Source: Acetobacteraceae bacterium
GTDB lineage: Bacteria; Pseudomonadota; Alphaproteobacteria; Acetobacterales; Acetobacteraceae
Assembly: GCA_049519555.1 (NCBI GenBank)
Contig: JBEKQQ010000027.1
Coordinates: 10,533 to 74,532, forward strand
Length of the DNA stretch: 64,000 nucleotides
Reading direction: 5' to 3'
A program made the translations under genes and the position numbers. The notes beneath the pieces are model-generated. The model ran no database searches. It worked only from the letters and a program-made list of their open reading frames with translations, and was not told where the DNA came from. Below, one piece after another: positions 50,027-59,431 of this stretch (positions within the stretch are counted from its first letter, which is position 1; each line of letters opens with the position of its first letter).

Positions 50027-50551
50027 ATGGACCACGACACCCTGTATGAGACCGACATCTGCTCCTGGGCTGAACAGCAGGCGGCGGCGCTACGAGGACT
50101 CACGTCCAGGGTGGACCTCCCAAACGAACTCGATCTGCTGAATGTCATTGAGGAGATCGAAGACGTGGGGATCAGCCAGCTTCGTTCCGTCAGCAGCTTC
50201 ATGCGGCTCATTCTGTCGCACATCATTCTGCTCGCGGTCGACGCCGATGCTGATTCGGTGAACCATTGGACCCGCGAAGTGGCCACGTTTCGTGGCGAGT
50301 TGATGCAGTCCTGGCAACCGAGCATGCGGCGGCGGATCGACATGGACCAGATCTGGCGCCGTGCGGTGGAAGAAGCGACTCTGAAGCTGTCCACTTATCG
50401 CAGGAACGGAATCGCTTTCGATGCGGATGCCATCAGCGGCCGGCTCGGGCCGGTCAGCCTGTTTGGCATCGACGATCTGTGCGGAGAAAGTTTCAGATTT
50501 CATGACCTGCTGGAACGACTCCGGGTGCGGCTTGTCCAGGAGTCGCCCTGA
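50027..50551 (+). CDS. DUF29 family protein
   Basis: ATG at 50027. MDHDTLYETDICSWAEQQAAALRG...LDLLNVIEEIEDVGISQLRSV matches the DUF29 N-terminal pattern (LYE.D...W...Q...L..........N..EEIE..G). Confidence 0.7.
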   Translation: MDHDTLYETDICSWAEQQAAALRGLTSRVDLPNELDLLNVIEEIEDVGISQLRSVSSFMRLILSHIILLAVDADADSVNHWTREVATFRGELMQSWQPSMRRRIDMDQIWRRAVEEATLKLSTYRRNGIAFDADAISGRLGPVSLFGIDDLCGESFRFHDLLERLRVRLVQESP

Positions 50552-50750
50552 TCACCAAGAACTTAGGTCTCGCATCTCATTTTCTTCAGGTCGGTTGCTT
50601 GGCTACCCAAATACCTGTCGCTTGAGCCAATGCATGTGTTGCCAGAATTCTTGCGTCAACTTTCGAGCTGAACGACAGCAGTCAAAAGTTCTTGTTTCCC
50701 GGTAATTCTTCTTACCTTTGGAAACTTACCGTTTGCAGGATGCGTTGTTG

Positions 50751-51876
50751 TCAAGAATGGCGCCGAACACAGCGAAAACCGAGACCGTCACCCCTTAGGC
50801 TTGGGGCGTTCCGATGTCTACATGCTGCACGGACATTCCACGCATCATCAAGCCACGATGCGCCGCGACCAACGCGATCTGCGGCATCGTCACCGGTTCC
50901 TCGGGCAGGCCCGTCGGAATGCGCGCCAGCGTGTCCTCCGTAGTCTCCGTCCGCGCACCACTCCCAGACATTTCCCAGCATATCATAGAGCCCCCACCCA
51001 TTCGGCGCCTTCTGTGCAACTGGATGCGTCTGCTCATCGCTGTTGCCGGACCACCAGGCAATTCGATTTAAGGCAGCCGTTTCGCCACGTTCGTTAACAA
51101 CGGCGGGGCCAGCATATGTCGATGATGTCGTTCCTGCACGACAGGCGTATTCCCACTGCGCCTCTGACGGAAGAGTAAGCGCGAGTCCAGGTTTGAGCGC
51201 GTTCAACGATTCTATAAACCATCGTGTATCATGAAAGGATACGCTCTCCACAGGATGGTTTGGGCCTTGGAAGCGGCTGGGGTTAGTGACCATTACACTG
51301 GTCCACAGGTCCTGGGTTGCTAGGGTTTCAAACATCCAAAATCCTGCACGAAAACTGATTGGCTCGCTGAGGCCTTCATTTTCGAAGCGACCGTTCCCGT
51401 CCGGGGGGGGAACCCATGCGAAAGTCTTGCCCCGGTGGAATCCATCGTAGGCGCTGGGTGACTGTTGTGGAGCCCGTAATAGTCAAGCTAAATGATGCCC
51501 ACGGGCCGACTTCATCTGTTCCAGAATCGTCAGCCCACGAAGATGGGGGGTATTTTTCAGTCGGGAAAATCGCCTCTTCAATCGCCCAGGCTTTATCGAA
51601 TATTGCCTCCTCCAGCCCAATAGATTTTGAAAAATCTGCACCTTTTAATATGGCGCCGGTAAAAATAGTCCCTGCGACATTAGCTCCTGCGAAATCCGCG
51701 CATGTAAAATCAAAACCTCCTAGATTCTCGCCACGAAAATCACCCCCACGGAGATCCCCGTAGCGGAAAGACATACCCGGAGAAAGGCCCGCAATATAGA
51801 CGAGTTCAACAAACGTCTCAACTTTCGAATCAAAAACCTCCCGTACCTTCATTCTGAGTTTATCCGATATATTCAT
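50751..51876 (-). pseudogene. Pentapeptide-repeat / FGE-sulfatase (SUMF1) domain protein, reading frame broken at a G8 (coding-strand C8) homopolymer
   Basis: ORF 51376..51876 gives pentapeptide repeats (DLRGGDFRGENLGGFDFTCADFAGANVAGTIFTGAILKGADFS), then LRWIPPGQDFRMGSPPGRERSLRK*. The other frame, past the run 51403..51410, reads PPPDGNGRFENEGLSEPISFRAGFWMFETLATQDLWTSVMVTNPSRFQG...WEYACRAG...GLYDMLGNVWEW...RGASW...GFRCVR (FGE domain). G7 or G10 would restore a single ORF of about 375 aa. Confidence 0.75.
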
Positions 51877-51942
51877 TTCTCGACATTTGCCTTCATCATA
51901 GACCGCTCAGCCAGAATCACGTGCCTACCTTCCATAGGGCAC

Positions 51943-52986
51943 TCATCCAATATTACTTGTTTGATTAATTATTTCCTTCAAAGTTCTAACCTTTCGCGAT
52001 GTTGCGATATCATTATCTAATGCAGAAACTTCGATCTCATTCTTAGTGGCGGTGACCCTGGCGGTAAATCTTGGCGGTCCCCAAGACAACGGCTCAAGCA
52101 TTGCGACATAATCTTGGTGTGGCAATGCGTCAAAGCTGAGGCCTAGCCGATTATCCAACGGAACGATCTTTCGACCACCTGGGACGAATTCGCCGAAATG
52201 ATCAAATAACTGATAGACCCCCGATCCAATAACACCGCCAAGACCAATCTGGTAGCCCGAAGCGGAAACGGTTAAGTTCGCGCTGGAGAGCGATAATGTT
52301 ATGTCAAGCCGTTCGTCTGGCATTTCAAGTACTGTGTCATGTACGAAAAATCGAAGTGTGGCCTTGATCCCATAGCTACCGGAAGGAGTGTTCCATCTGT
52401 CCGGTTGATGTAGCCTGAACTCAACCATTCGGTCGAAGTCATGCCCTGTGGCCACTAGAAGCCAGTCTTCTGCGGGTTTCCCACGTGTGGTTTCCATACT
52501 CCGCGGAGACAGTATGGTGTCGGCCGACTCTGCTTTAGCCGGTAGGTTTGGCCAACGCACAAGTTCGCGCTGGAGTTCCATCCCAGCCGACAAGGCATTG
52601 TGCACTGATCTACCATTGGCTTCCCTTGATCGACCACGCTTTTCACTCCGGGCGAGGTCACAGGCGGCCTGGAAATCGGCCTTTTGTCGCTGCTCAACTT
52701 CGTCGCCTCTGGCCGCGTTCGGGTAAAACACCTTCAGGAAGGCCTCGACCTTGTCGGGGTCTGGTATCGTTTCGCGACGGAGCCAGTGCCGAAGTGAGTC
52801 CTTGCCAAAATCCTTCTGCCCTGCCGAAGACATTGCCCTAACGAACGCCACAGCATCCCATCCATCTAATGACTGTCCTCGTCCAGGTGGCATGCCCTGG
52901 CCAGTATCATAGCAGACTCTGAACAGGTTCCAGACTTGCGCCTCGGCGGGCGTTTCGGGTTTCCCAGGTTTCCTTGGATTCCGCAC
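51943..52986 (-). CDS. Orphan hypothetical protein (347 aa) in the low-GC island
   Basis: Long ORF in AT-rich DNA, where chance ORFs are unlikely. Lies 66 nt upstream of, and co-directional with, the pentapeptide-FGE gene. No motif recognised. Confidence 0.6.
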   Translation of the reverse strand: MRNPRKPGKPETPAEAQVWNLFRVCYDTGQGMPPGRGQSLDGWDAVAFVRAMSSAGQKDFGKDSLRHWLRRETIPDPDKVEAFLKVFYPNAARGDEVEQRQKADFQAACDLARSEKRGRSREANGRSVHNALSAGMELQRELVRWPNLPAKAESADTILSPRSMETTRGKPAEDWLLVATGHDFDRMVEFRLHQPDRWNTPSGSYGIKATLRFFVHDTVLEMPDERLDITLSLSSANLTVSASGYQIGLGGVIGSGVYQLFDHFGEFVPGGRKIVPLDNRLGLSFDALPHQDYVAMLEPLSWGPPRFTARVTATKNEIEVSALDNDIATSRKVRTLKEIINQTSNIG

Positions 52987-53601
52987 TTACAGGCTAGCCT
53001 TTCCTAGGGTGCTACGCATCGTGGCGATGGCCAATGCCACCGAGAATATCTATCATGCCAAATCCCCACAAGCACCAGTATCTCTTGTGTGCCGTCGCTC
53101 ATTTTGCGCTGGCGATCGCGACATTTGAGCACGGGCTTCCAATCGCACTTGCGGAGCTATTGGTCGCATCGATCTATATCGATCTCGCGATCCGATGAGC
53201 TCAAACCTGCACGCCGGGGCTGCTACCTTCCATTTTGTAGCCTTTTATGGTTCTTGCCTCATCCGACCTCGAATCTGTTTGGGGCACAAGATCTCGCCCT
53301 AATTCACACCTCAACTTGCTGCTTGCAGTTGATTTACCTGAAGTATTTCGGTCTATATGGGTGGTATTATGTCAGCTGATCGCCTCGGCGGATTTTGTTG
53401 TTCCGGATGTTGTCCGCCGCTGGACGGTGGCGAACCGTTTATCTGGGCCTTTCACACGACTTTCTGTGATGCGGCAACTCTCCGCGTCAGCCTGAGTCCG
53501 GCTGACCACCGTGCCCCACTTCCAGCGCACTGCCAAACCACGATACCCTCTGTCAACAACCGGCCCAATCGGCCAACCCACACACCCCGGGGAGAACGGA
53601 C

Positions 53602-55218
53602 ATGCAAGCAGACTACGTCATCGTCGGTGCCGGCTCCGCCGGCTGCGTCCTCGCCAACCGCCTCACCGAGGACCCCACGATCAATGTCATCCTAATCGAG
53701 GCCGGCGGACGCGACCGCAACCCGCTCATCCACATCCCCGCCGGCTTCTTCAAAATGCTCGACCACGACACGCTGACCTGGAAATACCGCTCCGAGCCCG
53801 ACCCCGGCACCAACGGCCGCGCCATCAACTACACCCGCGGCAAAGTGATCGGCGGCTCCTCCTCGATCAACGGCCTCATCTACATCCGCGGCCAACCCGA
53901 GGACTACGATCACTGGGCTCAGCTCGGCAACCGCGGCTGGTCGTGGGACGATTGCCTGCCGTTCTTCCGCAAAGCCGAACGCTGGGAAGGCGAAGGCAGC
54001 GACGTGCGCGGCAAGGACGGCCCATTGTTCACCTCTAAAATCGACCGCTCGCCGATTTGCGCGCAAGTGGTCGAGGCCGGCAAGCAGCTTGGTCTGGAAT
54101 ACCGCGAGGACCTCAACGACCTGCCGCCAGGCCACACCGACTGCATCGGCTGGTGCCAGCAGACCCGTGGTGGCCGCCGCCGAGCCAGTGCCGCCCGCAC
54201 CTACCTGCACCCCGCCCTGAAACGACCCAACCTGCAACTCATCACCAACGCACTGGTGCATCGCATCCTGTTCGACGGCAAACGCGCCACCGGCATCGAA
54301 CTTTCCCGCGGCGGCGGCACCACCGAAACGATAACGGCAACAAGGGAAACCATCCTCTCAGCCGGCGCAGTCGGCTCGCCCCTCATCCTGCAACTATCGG
54401 GTGTCGGCGACCCCGACCACCTCGGCACCATCGGCGTCCCCGTGCTGCATGAAATGCGCGGCGTCGGCCGCAACATGCAGGACCACTACACCGCCCGCGT
54501 GTCGTATCCCGTCGTCGGCATGGCCACCGCCAACGAAAAGTCCCGCGGCATTCCGCTCGCCGTCGAGGTCGTCCGTTGGGCGCTCACCGGCAAGGGCATG
54601 TTGAGTTACAGCCCGTCGCTGGTCGCCGCATCGGTGAAAGTGCTGGAAACGTCTGCCACCCCCGACATGCAGGTCACCTTCGCCCCCGGCAGCTTCAAGG
54701 GCGGCCAGATCGGCGAGCTGGAGGAAACCCCCGGCCTCAGCGCCGGTGCCTGGCAGATGCGTCCACTTTCGCGCGGCTACGTCGAGGCGCGGTCGAGCCG
54801 GCCGGGCGACATGCCGGCGATCAACCCGCGTTACCTCTCCGACGAATCCGATCGCCGCGCCATCATCGGCGGGTTGCGTTTCGCACGGAAGCTGTTCGAG
54901 GCACCGGCGCTGAAACAATACGTCCGCGAGGAAACCCTGCCCGGCCGCGACATCCAGACCGACGATGAACTGCTCGATTATGCGCGGCGTAACGGCGGCA
55001 CCTGCTACCACGCAAGCTGCACTTGCATGATGGGCACGCACCCGATGAGCGTGGTCGACAGTCAGTTGCGCGTGCACGGTCTCGACGGGTTGCGGGTGAT
55101 CGATGCCTCGGTCATGCCGGCGGTCACCTCGACCAACACCAATGCGCCGACCATCATGATCGCCGAGCAAGGTGCGGCGATGCTCAAGCAGGCGACACGA
55201 CAAAAACTGGCGGCGTAA
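53602..55218 (+). CDS. GMC-family FAD oxidoreductase (choline dehydrogenase-like)
   Basis: MQADYVIVGAGSAGCVLANRLTEDP...GGSSSINGLIYIRG...C-terminal HASCTCMMG...VIDASVMP. Confidence 0.9.
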   Translation: MQADYVIVGAGSAGCVLANRLTEDPTINVILIEAGGRDRNPLIHIPAGFFKMLDHDTLTWKYRSEPDPGTNGRAINYTRGKVIGGSSSINGLIYIRGQPEDYDHWAQLGNRGWSWDDCLPFFRKAERWEGEGSDVRGKDGPLFTSKIDRSPICAQVVEAGKQLGLEYREDLNDLPPGHTDCIGWCQQTRGGRRRASAARTYLHPALKRPNLQLITNALVHRILFDGKRATGIELSRGGGTTETITATRETILSAGAVGSPLILQLSGVGDPDHLGTIGVPVLHEMRGVGRNMQDHYTARVSYPVVGMATANEKSRGIPLAVEVVRWALTGKGMLSYSPSLVAASVKVLETSATPDMQVTFAPGSFKGGQIGELEETPGLSAGAWQMRPLSRGYVEARSSRPGDMPAINPRYLSDESDRRAIIGGLRFARKLFEAPALKQYVREETLPGRDIQTDDELLDYARRNGGTCYHASCTCMMGTHPMSVVDSQLRVHGLDGLRVIDASVMPAVTSTNTNAPTIMIAEQGAAMLKQATRQKLAA

Positions 55219-55233
55219 CAAAGCGAGCAACCG

Positions 55234-55653
55234 ATGAGCAGTCCCGCATTCAAATTCGACCACGTGCACATCATCAGCGAAACGCCACATGCCTCGGCCA
55301 ATTGGTATGTGGAGATGTTCGGCGCGACAATCAAAGCCGACACCGTGGCGCGCGGTGCGCCACAAATCTTTGTCTCGCTTGGCGGCACGACCATTCTCAT
55401 TCGTGGCCGAAGGCCGGGCGAGGACCCGCTCCCCACCAGGCCCATCCAGCCCTACGCCGATTTCTCCAGCCATAATGTCTGGGGCACCGATCATTTCGGC
55501 TTCATGTATAACGGCGACCTCACCACGTTCTGCGACGAGTTGCGCGGCAAGGGCGTCAGCTTTCCGGTGCCGTTGAAGCAGGGCGTCGGCGGTAGTTTGC
55601 TGTGCTACGTCGCCGCGCCCGATGGCGTGAGTATCGAACTGATGCAGTGCTGA
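55234..55653 (+). CDS. VOC (glyoxalase/bleomycin-resistance/dioxygenase) family protein
   Basis: 139 aa. FDHVHIISE...GTDHFGFMY...VSIELM pattern. Confidence 0.7.
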   Translation: MSSPAFKFDHVHIISETPHASANWYVEMFGATIKADTVARGAPQIFVSLGGTTILIRGRRPGEDPLPTRPIQPYADFSSHNVWGTDHFGFMYNGDLTTFCDELRGKGVSFPVPLKQGVGGSLLCYVAAPDGVSIELMQC

Positions 55654-55669
55654 CCTCCTGGAGCTTGCA

Positions 55670-56278
55670 ATGCCCGAACCCGACCGCATCGACCCGCGCC
55701 GCACGGCCTTGATCGCTTACGACGTTTGCCGGCGTGCACTGACGCCCGCGGATCCTGCTCGGCGTGCCGCCATGCGTCCGGTGCTCGAAGCCTGGGTGTC
55801 CATGATTGCGGCTGCGCGCGCAGCGGGCGTGCCGGTGATCTACACCACGCCGGTCAGTCGTGCCGACGGTGCCGATGTCGTTTTGCTGCCGACCGATCTT
55901 GCGGCAGAGACCGGCGTGCCGCCGCTCACCAACGGCATCGAGGGCACCATTGAGGCCGGCTTCCCCGACGAGATCGCACCGCTTGCCGCCGACTACGTGT
56001 TCCTCAAACGCCGGCCAAGCGCGTTTTACGGCACCGGCATTGCCGAACTGCTGCACATGCTACGCCGCGACACCATTATCATCGGCGGCGGCGCCACCAA
56101 TCGCGGGGTAGAAACCAGCGTGCGCGAGGCATTCAACATGGACCTTGCAACGATCGTGGCGCGCGAATGTTGCTGGAGCGGCGATGCGGCCGCACACGCT
56201 TATAGCCTCGACAAGGCTATGAAGATGTACGCGCGCGTCCGCCAGCTCGATCAGGTCGTAACGATGTTGCGGGCATGA
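55670..56278 (+). CDS. Isochorismatase-family cysteine hydrolase
   Basis: TALIAYDVCR, FLKRRPSAFYGT, IIIGGGATNRGVETSVREA. Confidence 0.8.
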   Translation: MPEPDRIDPRRTALIAYDVCRRALTPADPARRAAMRPVLEAWVSMIAAARAAGVPVIYTTPVSRADGADVVLLPTDLAAETGVPPLTNGIEGTIEAGFPDEIAPLAADYVFLKRRPSAFYGTGIAELLHMLRRDTIIIGGGATNRGVETSVREAFNMDLATIVARECCWSGDAAAHAYSLDKAMKMYARVRQLDQVVTMLRA

Positions 56279-56388
56279 ACCAGGAGCCAGAACCGCTGAG
56301 GCGCAGCACATCCGCTTCTCCCGTCATTGCCACGCCGCACAATTTGGGGAATGTCGTCAACGAACGCTTTCCCCAAAGGACATCCCGC

Positions 56389-57246
56389 ATGACGAATTGG
56401 ACCGAGACGTATCGCGGTATCGTGCCACCCTGGCAGTGCGATGTGACCGAGCATTTCACCGTTGGCTATTACTTCGACCGGCTGGAAGAGGCAGGAGCCA
56501 ATCTCGCCGACGCATTCGACCTTGGCATGCTGTGGCGCCGTGGCGACCTGTCGCGCCGGCTCAATGTCCGTTTCGCACGCGAACTGCGCGCCGGCGCCGC
56601 CTTCCACGTCGAGAGCGCGCCGCTTGCCCTCGATCCCCCTGACGACCTTCAGCTGGGTCATCGTTTCGTCGATTCGGCCAACGGCGAGGTCGTCACCTGG
56701 TTCGACGAACATTGGGACCTGTCGGCCGCCCCTCTGACGCCGCAACAGGGCAGTGAAATCGAAGCCCGGTTCGCGACCTGGAACGGCCCAGAGGCCGAGG
56801 CCCGGCCCGAACCCGTCACGACCGCCGGTTTTATCCCCACCGCACGCGGGCGGGTAAAACCTGGTGACCTGGATGCCGCTGGCCATTTCGCGCTGTCAGC
56901 GATCGTGCTGCGGTTTTCCAACGCCTCCGGTCAGCTCGGTACCGCGATCGGCATGGATACCGAGTTCATGCAACAACACCGGCGCGGCTTTTCGACCTTC
57001 GAGCTGACCTTGCGCATGTCTGGCGCCTTGCCGCTGGACGCGCCCTATCTGATCGAAACCGGCATCGGCCATCTCGGCAATTCGTCGTTGCGCATGATCC
57101 ACCGCATGACCGATCCCCGCAGCGGCTTCGAAATTGCGCGGCTTGGTCAATATGGCGTCAACCTCGATCTCGACGCGCGCCGGCCTGCCCGCTGGCCTGA
57201 CGATATCCGCAGCCGCGCCGCCGCCCTGGTCATTCCGGTCGGCTGA
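56389..57246 (+). CDS. Tandem hotdog-fold acyl-CoA thioesterase
   Basis: ATG at 56389 behind AAAGGA. MTNWTETYRGIVPPWQCDVTEHFTVGYYFDRLE, and a second repeat GRVKPGDLDAAGHFALSAIVLRFSNA. Confidence 0.65.
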   Translation: MTNWTETYRGIVPPWQCDVTEHFTVGYYFDRLEEAGANLADAFDLGMLWRRGDLSRRLNVRFARELRAGAAFHVESAPLALDPPDDLQLGHRFVDSANGEVVTWFDEHWDLSAAPLTPQQGSEIEARFATWNGPEAEARPEPVTTAGFIPTARGRVKPGDLDAAGHFALSAIVLRFSNASGQLGTAIGMDTEFMQQHRRGFSTFELTLRMSGALPLDAPYLIETGIGHLGNSSLRMIHRMTDPRSGFEIARLGQYGVNLDLDARRPARWPDDIRSRAAALVIPVG

Positions 57247-57580
57247 ACGCCTGGAGCGCGGCATCTCCCATCGACGCCGCGCTTCATCGCCGCGCCACTC
57301 GACGCCGGCGCCTTTGGCCCGCGGCGTTTTGCGCCGAAACGTTCAAGTCGCAGCGAGGTTCGACAATTATCTCGAACCAAAAATCCCTAGGTAAGCGTTC
57401 ATCGCATCAGACCATCGGCACATCGCCCGTTGTACCGATTTCGGAATGGTCGCGAACGAGCAACACGAACGCAACGGTCTGAGGCCATCACGAACCAGCA
57501 GAACCCTACTGTTTGCCAGTGCACAAACCAGAGACCTCAGGTCGTCAGCAGCACTCTGTAACCTTCAACCGGAGAGTCCT

Positions 57581-57823
57581 ATGCAAATTCAGAACCTGTT
57601 CGCCGCCATGATCGCCAGCAGCATGTTGCTGGCGGCCCCGGCATTCGCCCAATCGGCTGCTGCGACAAAGCAACCGACGCAAGAAGGTGGCGGAAGCACT
57701 TTCCTTGCTTGCGGCCCCCACTACAACGCCAATCCCGCCGGCGACCCGAACTGCAAGCAGCAGACGCAAGCAGTGGCGCCGTCGCCCACCCAGGGCTCAC
57801 CGCAGGCAGCGGCTTCGAAATAA
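57581..57823 (+). CDS. Small secreted protein
   Basis: ATG at 57581 behind GGAGAG. Signal peptide MQIQNLFAAMIASSMLLAAPAFAQ. 80 aa, 2 Cys. Confidence 0.5.
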   Translation: MQIQNLFAAMIASSMLLAAPAFAQSAAATKQPTQEGGGSTFLACGPHYNANPAGDPNCKQQTQAVAPSPTQGSPQAAASK

Positions 57824-58147
57824 GCGTAGCGGCGCGGCTGGTTCCATCCCGGATACCGAGAGGCACCCGGGATGGCACCGTTCCATGCCGAATATCGCAA
57901 GACGATTTATATCTGCGATGGGAAATGGAACCTGTCCCGGATCGCAGTGGCTGTTTGACAGCCAGTGTGCCGGGATCGGACTGGCGTCACGCCTGGTTCC
58001 GGTATCATCAACGATCCGTCAGGCTACATCGCCACCAACAAGCATGGGCGCGGTGCTGACCTGTTTTGCATTTCACCCATCATTCCTTCTTGAAATGTCG
58101 ATCGGGACGGCGGAAACACATGCCCGCAGATCAGGAGCCCGGCGGCA

Positions 58148-58939
58148 ATGAGAGCGATGCTTTTCACGTTGGCAATCCTGGCGGGCCTGGCTGGCCGGGC
58201 TTATGCCGAGGTCCCTGAATACGGCGCCACCGTCGTTCACCGTTATCCCCACGATCCGCAGGCCTTCACCGAAGGTCTGCTGTACCATGATGGATTTTTG
58301 TATGAGAGCACGGGTCGGAACGGACAGTCCTCGATTCGCAAAGTCGTGCTCCGAACCGGCGCGATCGTGCAGCAGAAGGACCTCGATCCAGGCTACTTTG
58401 GCGAAGGGATCGTCACCTGGAAGGACCGACTGATCCAACTGACGTGGAAGAACCAGATTGGCTTCATCTACGATCTCGCAACCTTCCAGCAACGCGCAAC
58501 ATTTCATTACGCCGGTGAAGGCTGGGCTTTGACCCAGGATAGCCGCCATATAATCATGAGCGATGGGACCAGCGATCTGCGCTTGCTGGATCCAGACAGT
58601 ATGACTGAAGTTGGCCGCATCCACGTCACCTGCGACGGAAGACCGGTGCATCGCATCAATGAACTTGAATGGGTGAAAGGTGAGATCTTTGCCAATATCT
58701 GGGTGACGAACTTCATCGTCCGGATCGACCCGGCGAGCGGCCACATTGTGGGATTGATCGACCTGACCGACCTTGTCAACTCCACGGTTGTTGTGTCTGG
58801 CGACAACGTGTTGAACGGCATCGCCTATGACGCAAAAGCCGATCGGTTGTTTGTCACCGGCAAGCTTTGGCCGGCGCTGTATCAGATAAAGCTGTCGCCG
58901 CAGCCGGTCGGACAACAATCCTGCCAGGCCCTGCCGTAA
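58148..58939 (+). CDS. Glutaminyl-peptide cyclotransferase (beta-propeller, plant/bacterial type)
   Basis: Signal peptide, then YPHDPQAFTEGLLYHDGFLYESTGRNGQSSIRKV...GEGIVTWKDRLIQLTWKNQIGFIYD...NELEWVKGEIFANIW. Confidence 0.85.
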   Translation: MRAMLFTLAILAGLAGRAYAEVPEYGATVVHRYPHDPQAFTEGLLYHDGFLYESTGRNGQSSIRKVVLRTGAIVQQKDLDPGYFGEGIVTWKDRLIQLTWKNQIGFIYDLATFQQRATFHYAGEGWALTQDSRHIIMSDGTSDLRLLDPDSMTEVGRIHVTCDGRPVHRINELEWVKGEIFANIWVTNFIVRIDPASGHIVGLIDLTDLVNSTVVVSGDNVLNGIAYDAKADRLFVTGKLWPALYQIKLSPQPVGQQSCQALP

Positions 58940-58952
58940 TCGCCCGCTGAGT

Positions 58953-59426
58953 TCAGCCCGGAAACCACCCGTGCACGACGCCGAAGCCTCCGGCGACGTT
59001 GGCCAGAGCACGCAACTGGATCAACGACAACACGAGATCCGCGGATCTTCCGCAATTCTGCGCTCCATCATCCGTGCGCCGCCCCGACCAGTGCACCAGG
59101 AACACCGGCGGATGGGCCAACTGTTTCGCCTCGATCACGAAACTGCCGCCACCGGCAGCGATCACCGACGGCGTCAGCACACAACTTTGGCGCGACGCGG
59201 CGAACGATGCCAGGCGGGCCGGAATTCCCGGCATCTCCCACCGCTTGGGTCCATCATGCGGATCGAATGTCACGATCTCCCCGACATCGGGACCGACCTC
59301 CTGCATTTCCGACAAGCTCAACAGGCAGGTCATCAGGCACAGCGCGAACGCAAGCAGATAGGTCAGCAGGGAAAAAACGCCGAGGTCTTCGTCGGTGCGA
59401 TCAGACGAATGATCGAATTCGTCCAT
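58953..59426 (-). CDS. Hypothetical membrane-anchored protein
   Basis: 157 aa with one TM segment (VFSLLTYLLAFALCLMTCLLSL). Sits 5 nt downstream of the Rieske gene stop on the same strand. Confidence 0.45.
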   Translation of the reverse strand: MDEFDHSSDRTDEDLGVFSLLTYLLAFALCLMTCLLSLSEMQEVGPDVGEIVTFDPHDGPKRWEMPGIPARLASFAASRQSCVLTPSVIAAGGGSFVIEAKQLAHPPVFLVHWSGRRTDDGAQNCGRSADLVLSLIQLRALANVAGGFGVVHGWFPG

Positions 59427-59431
59427 CTGCG

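Noticed and set aside
53055-53198. 47-codon ORF (MPNPHKHQYLLCAVAHFALAIATFEHGLPIALAELLVASIYIDLAIR), and the Cys-rich ORF 53357..53695, in the non-coding right arm of the low-GC island
   Set aside because: Neither has a convincing RBS or a recognisable motif, and the second runs out of frame into the GMC gene. There is not enough evidence to call either one.
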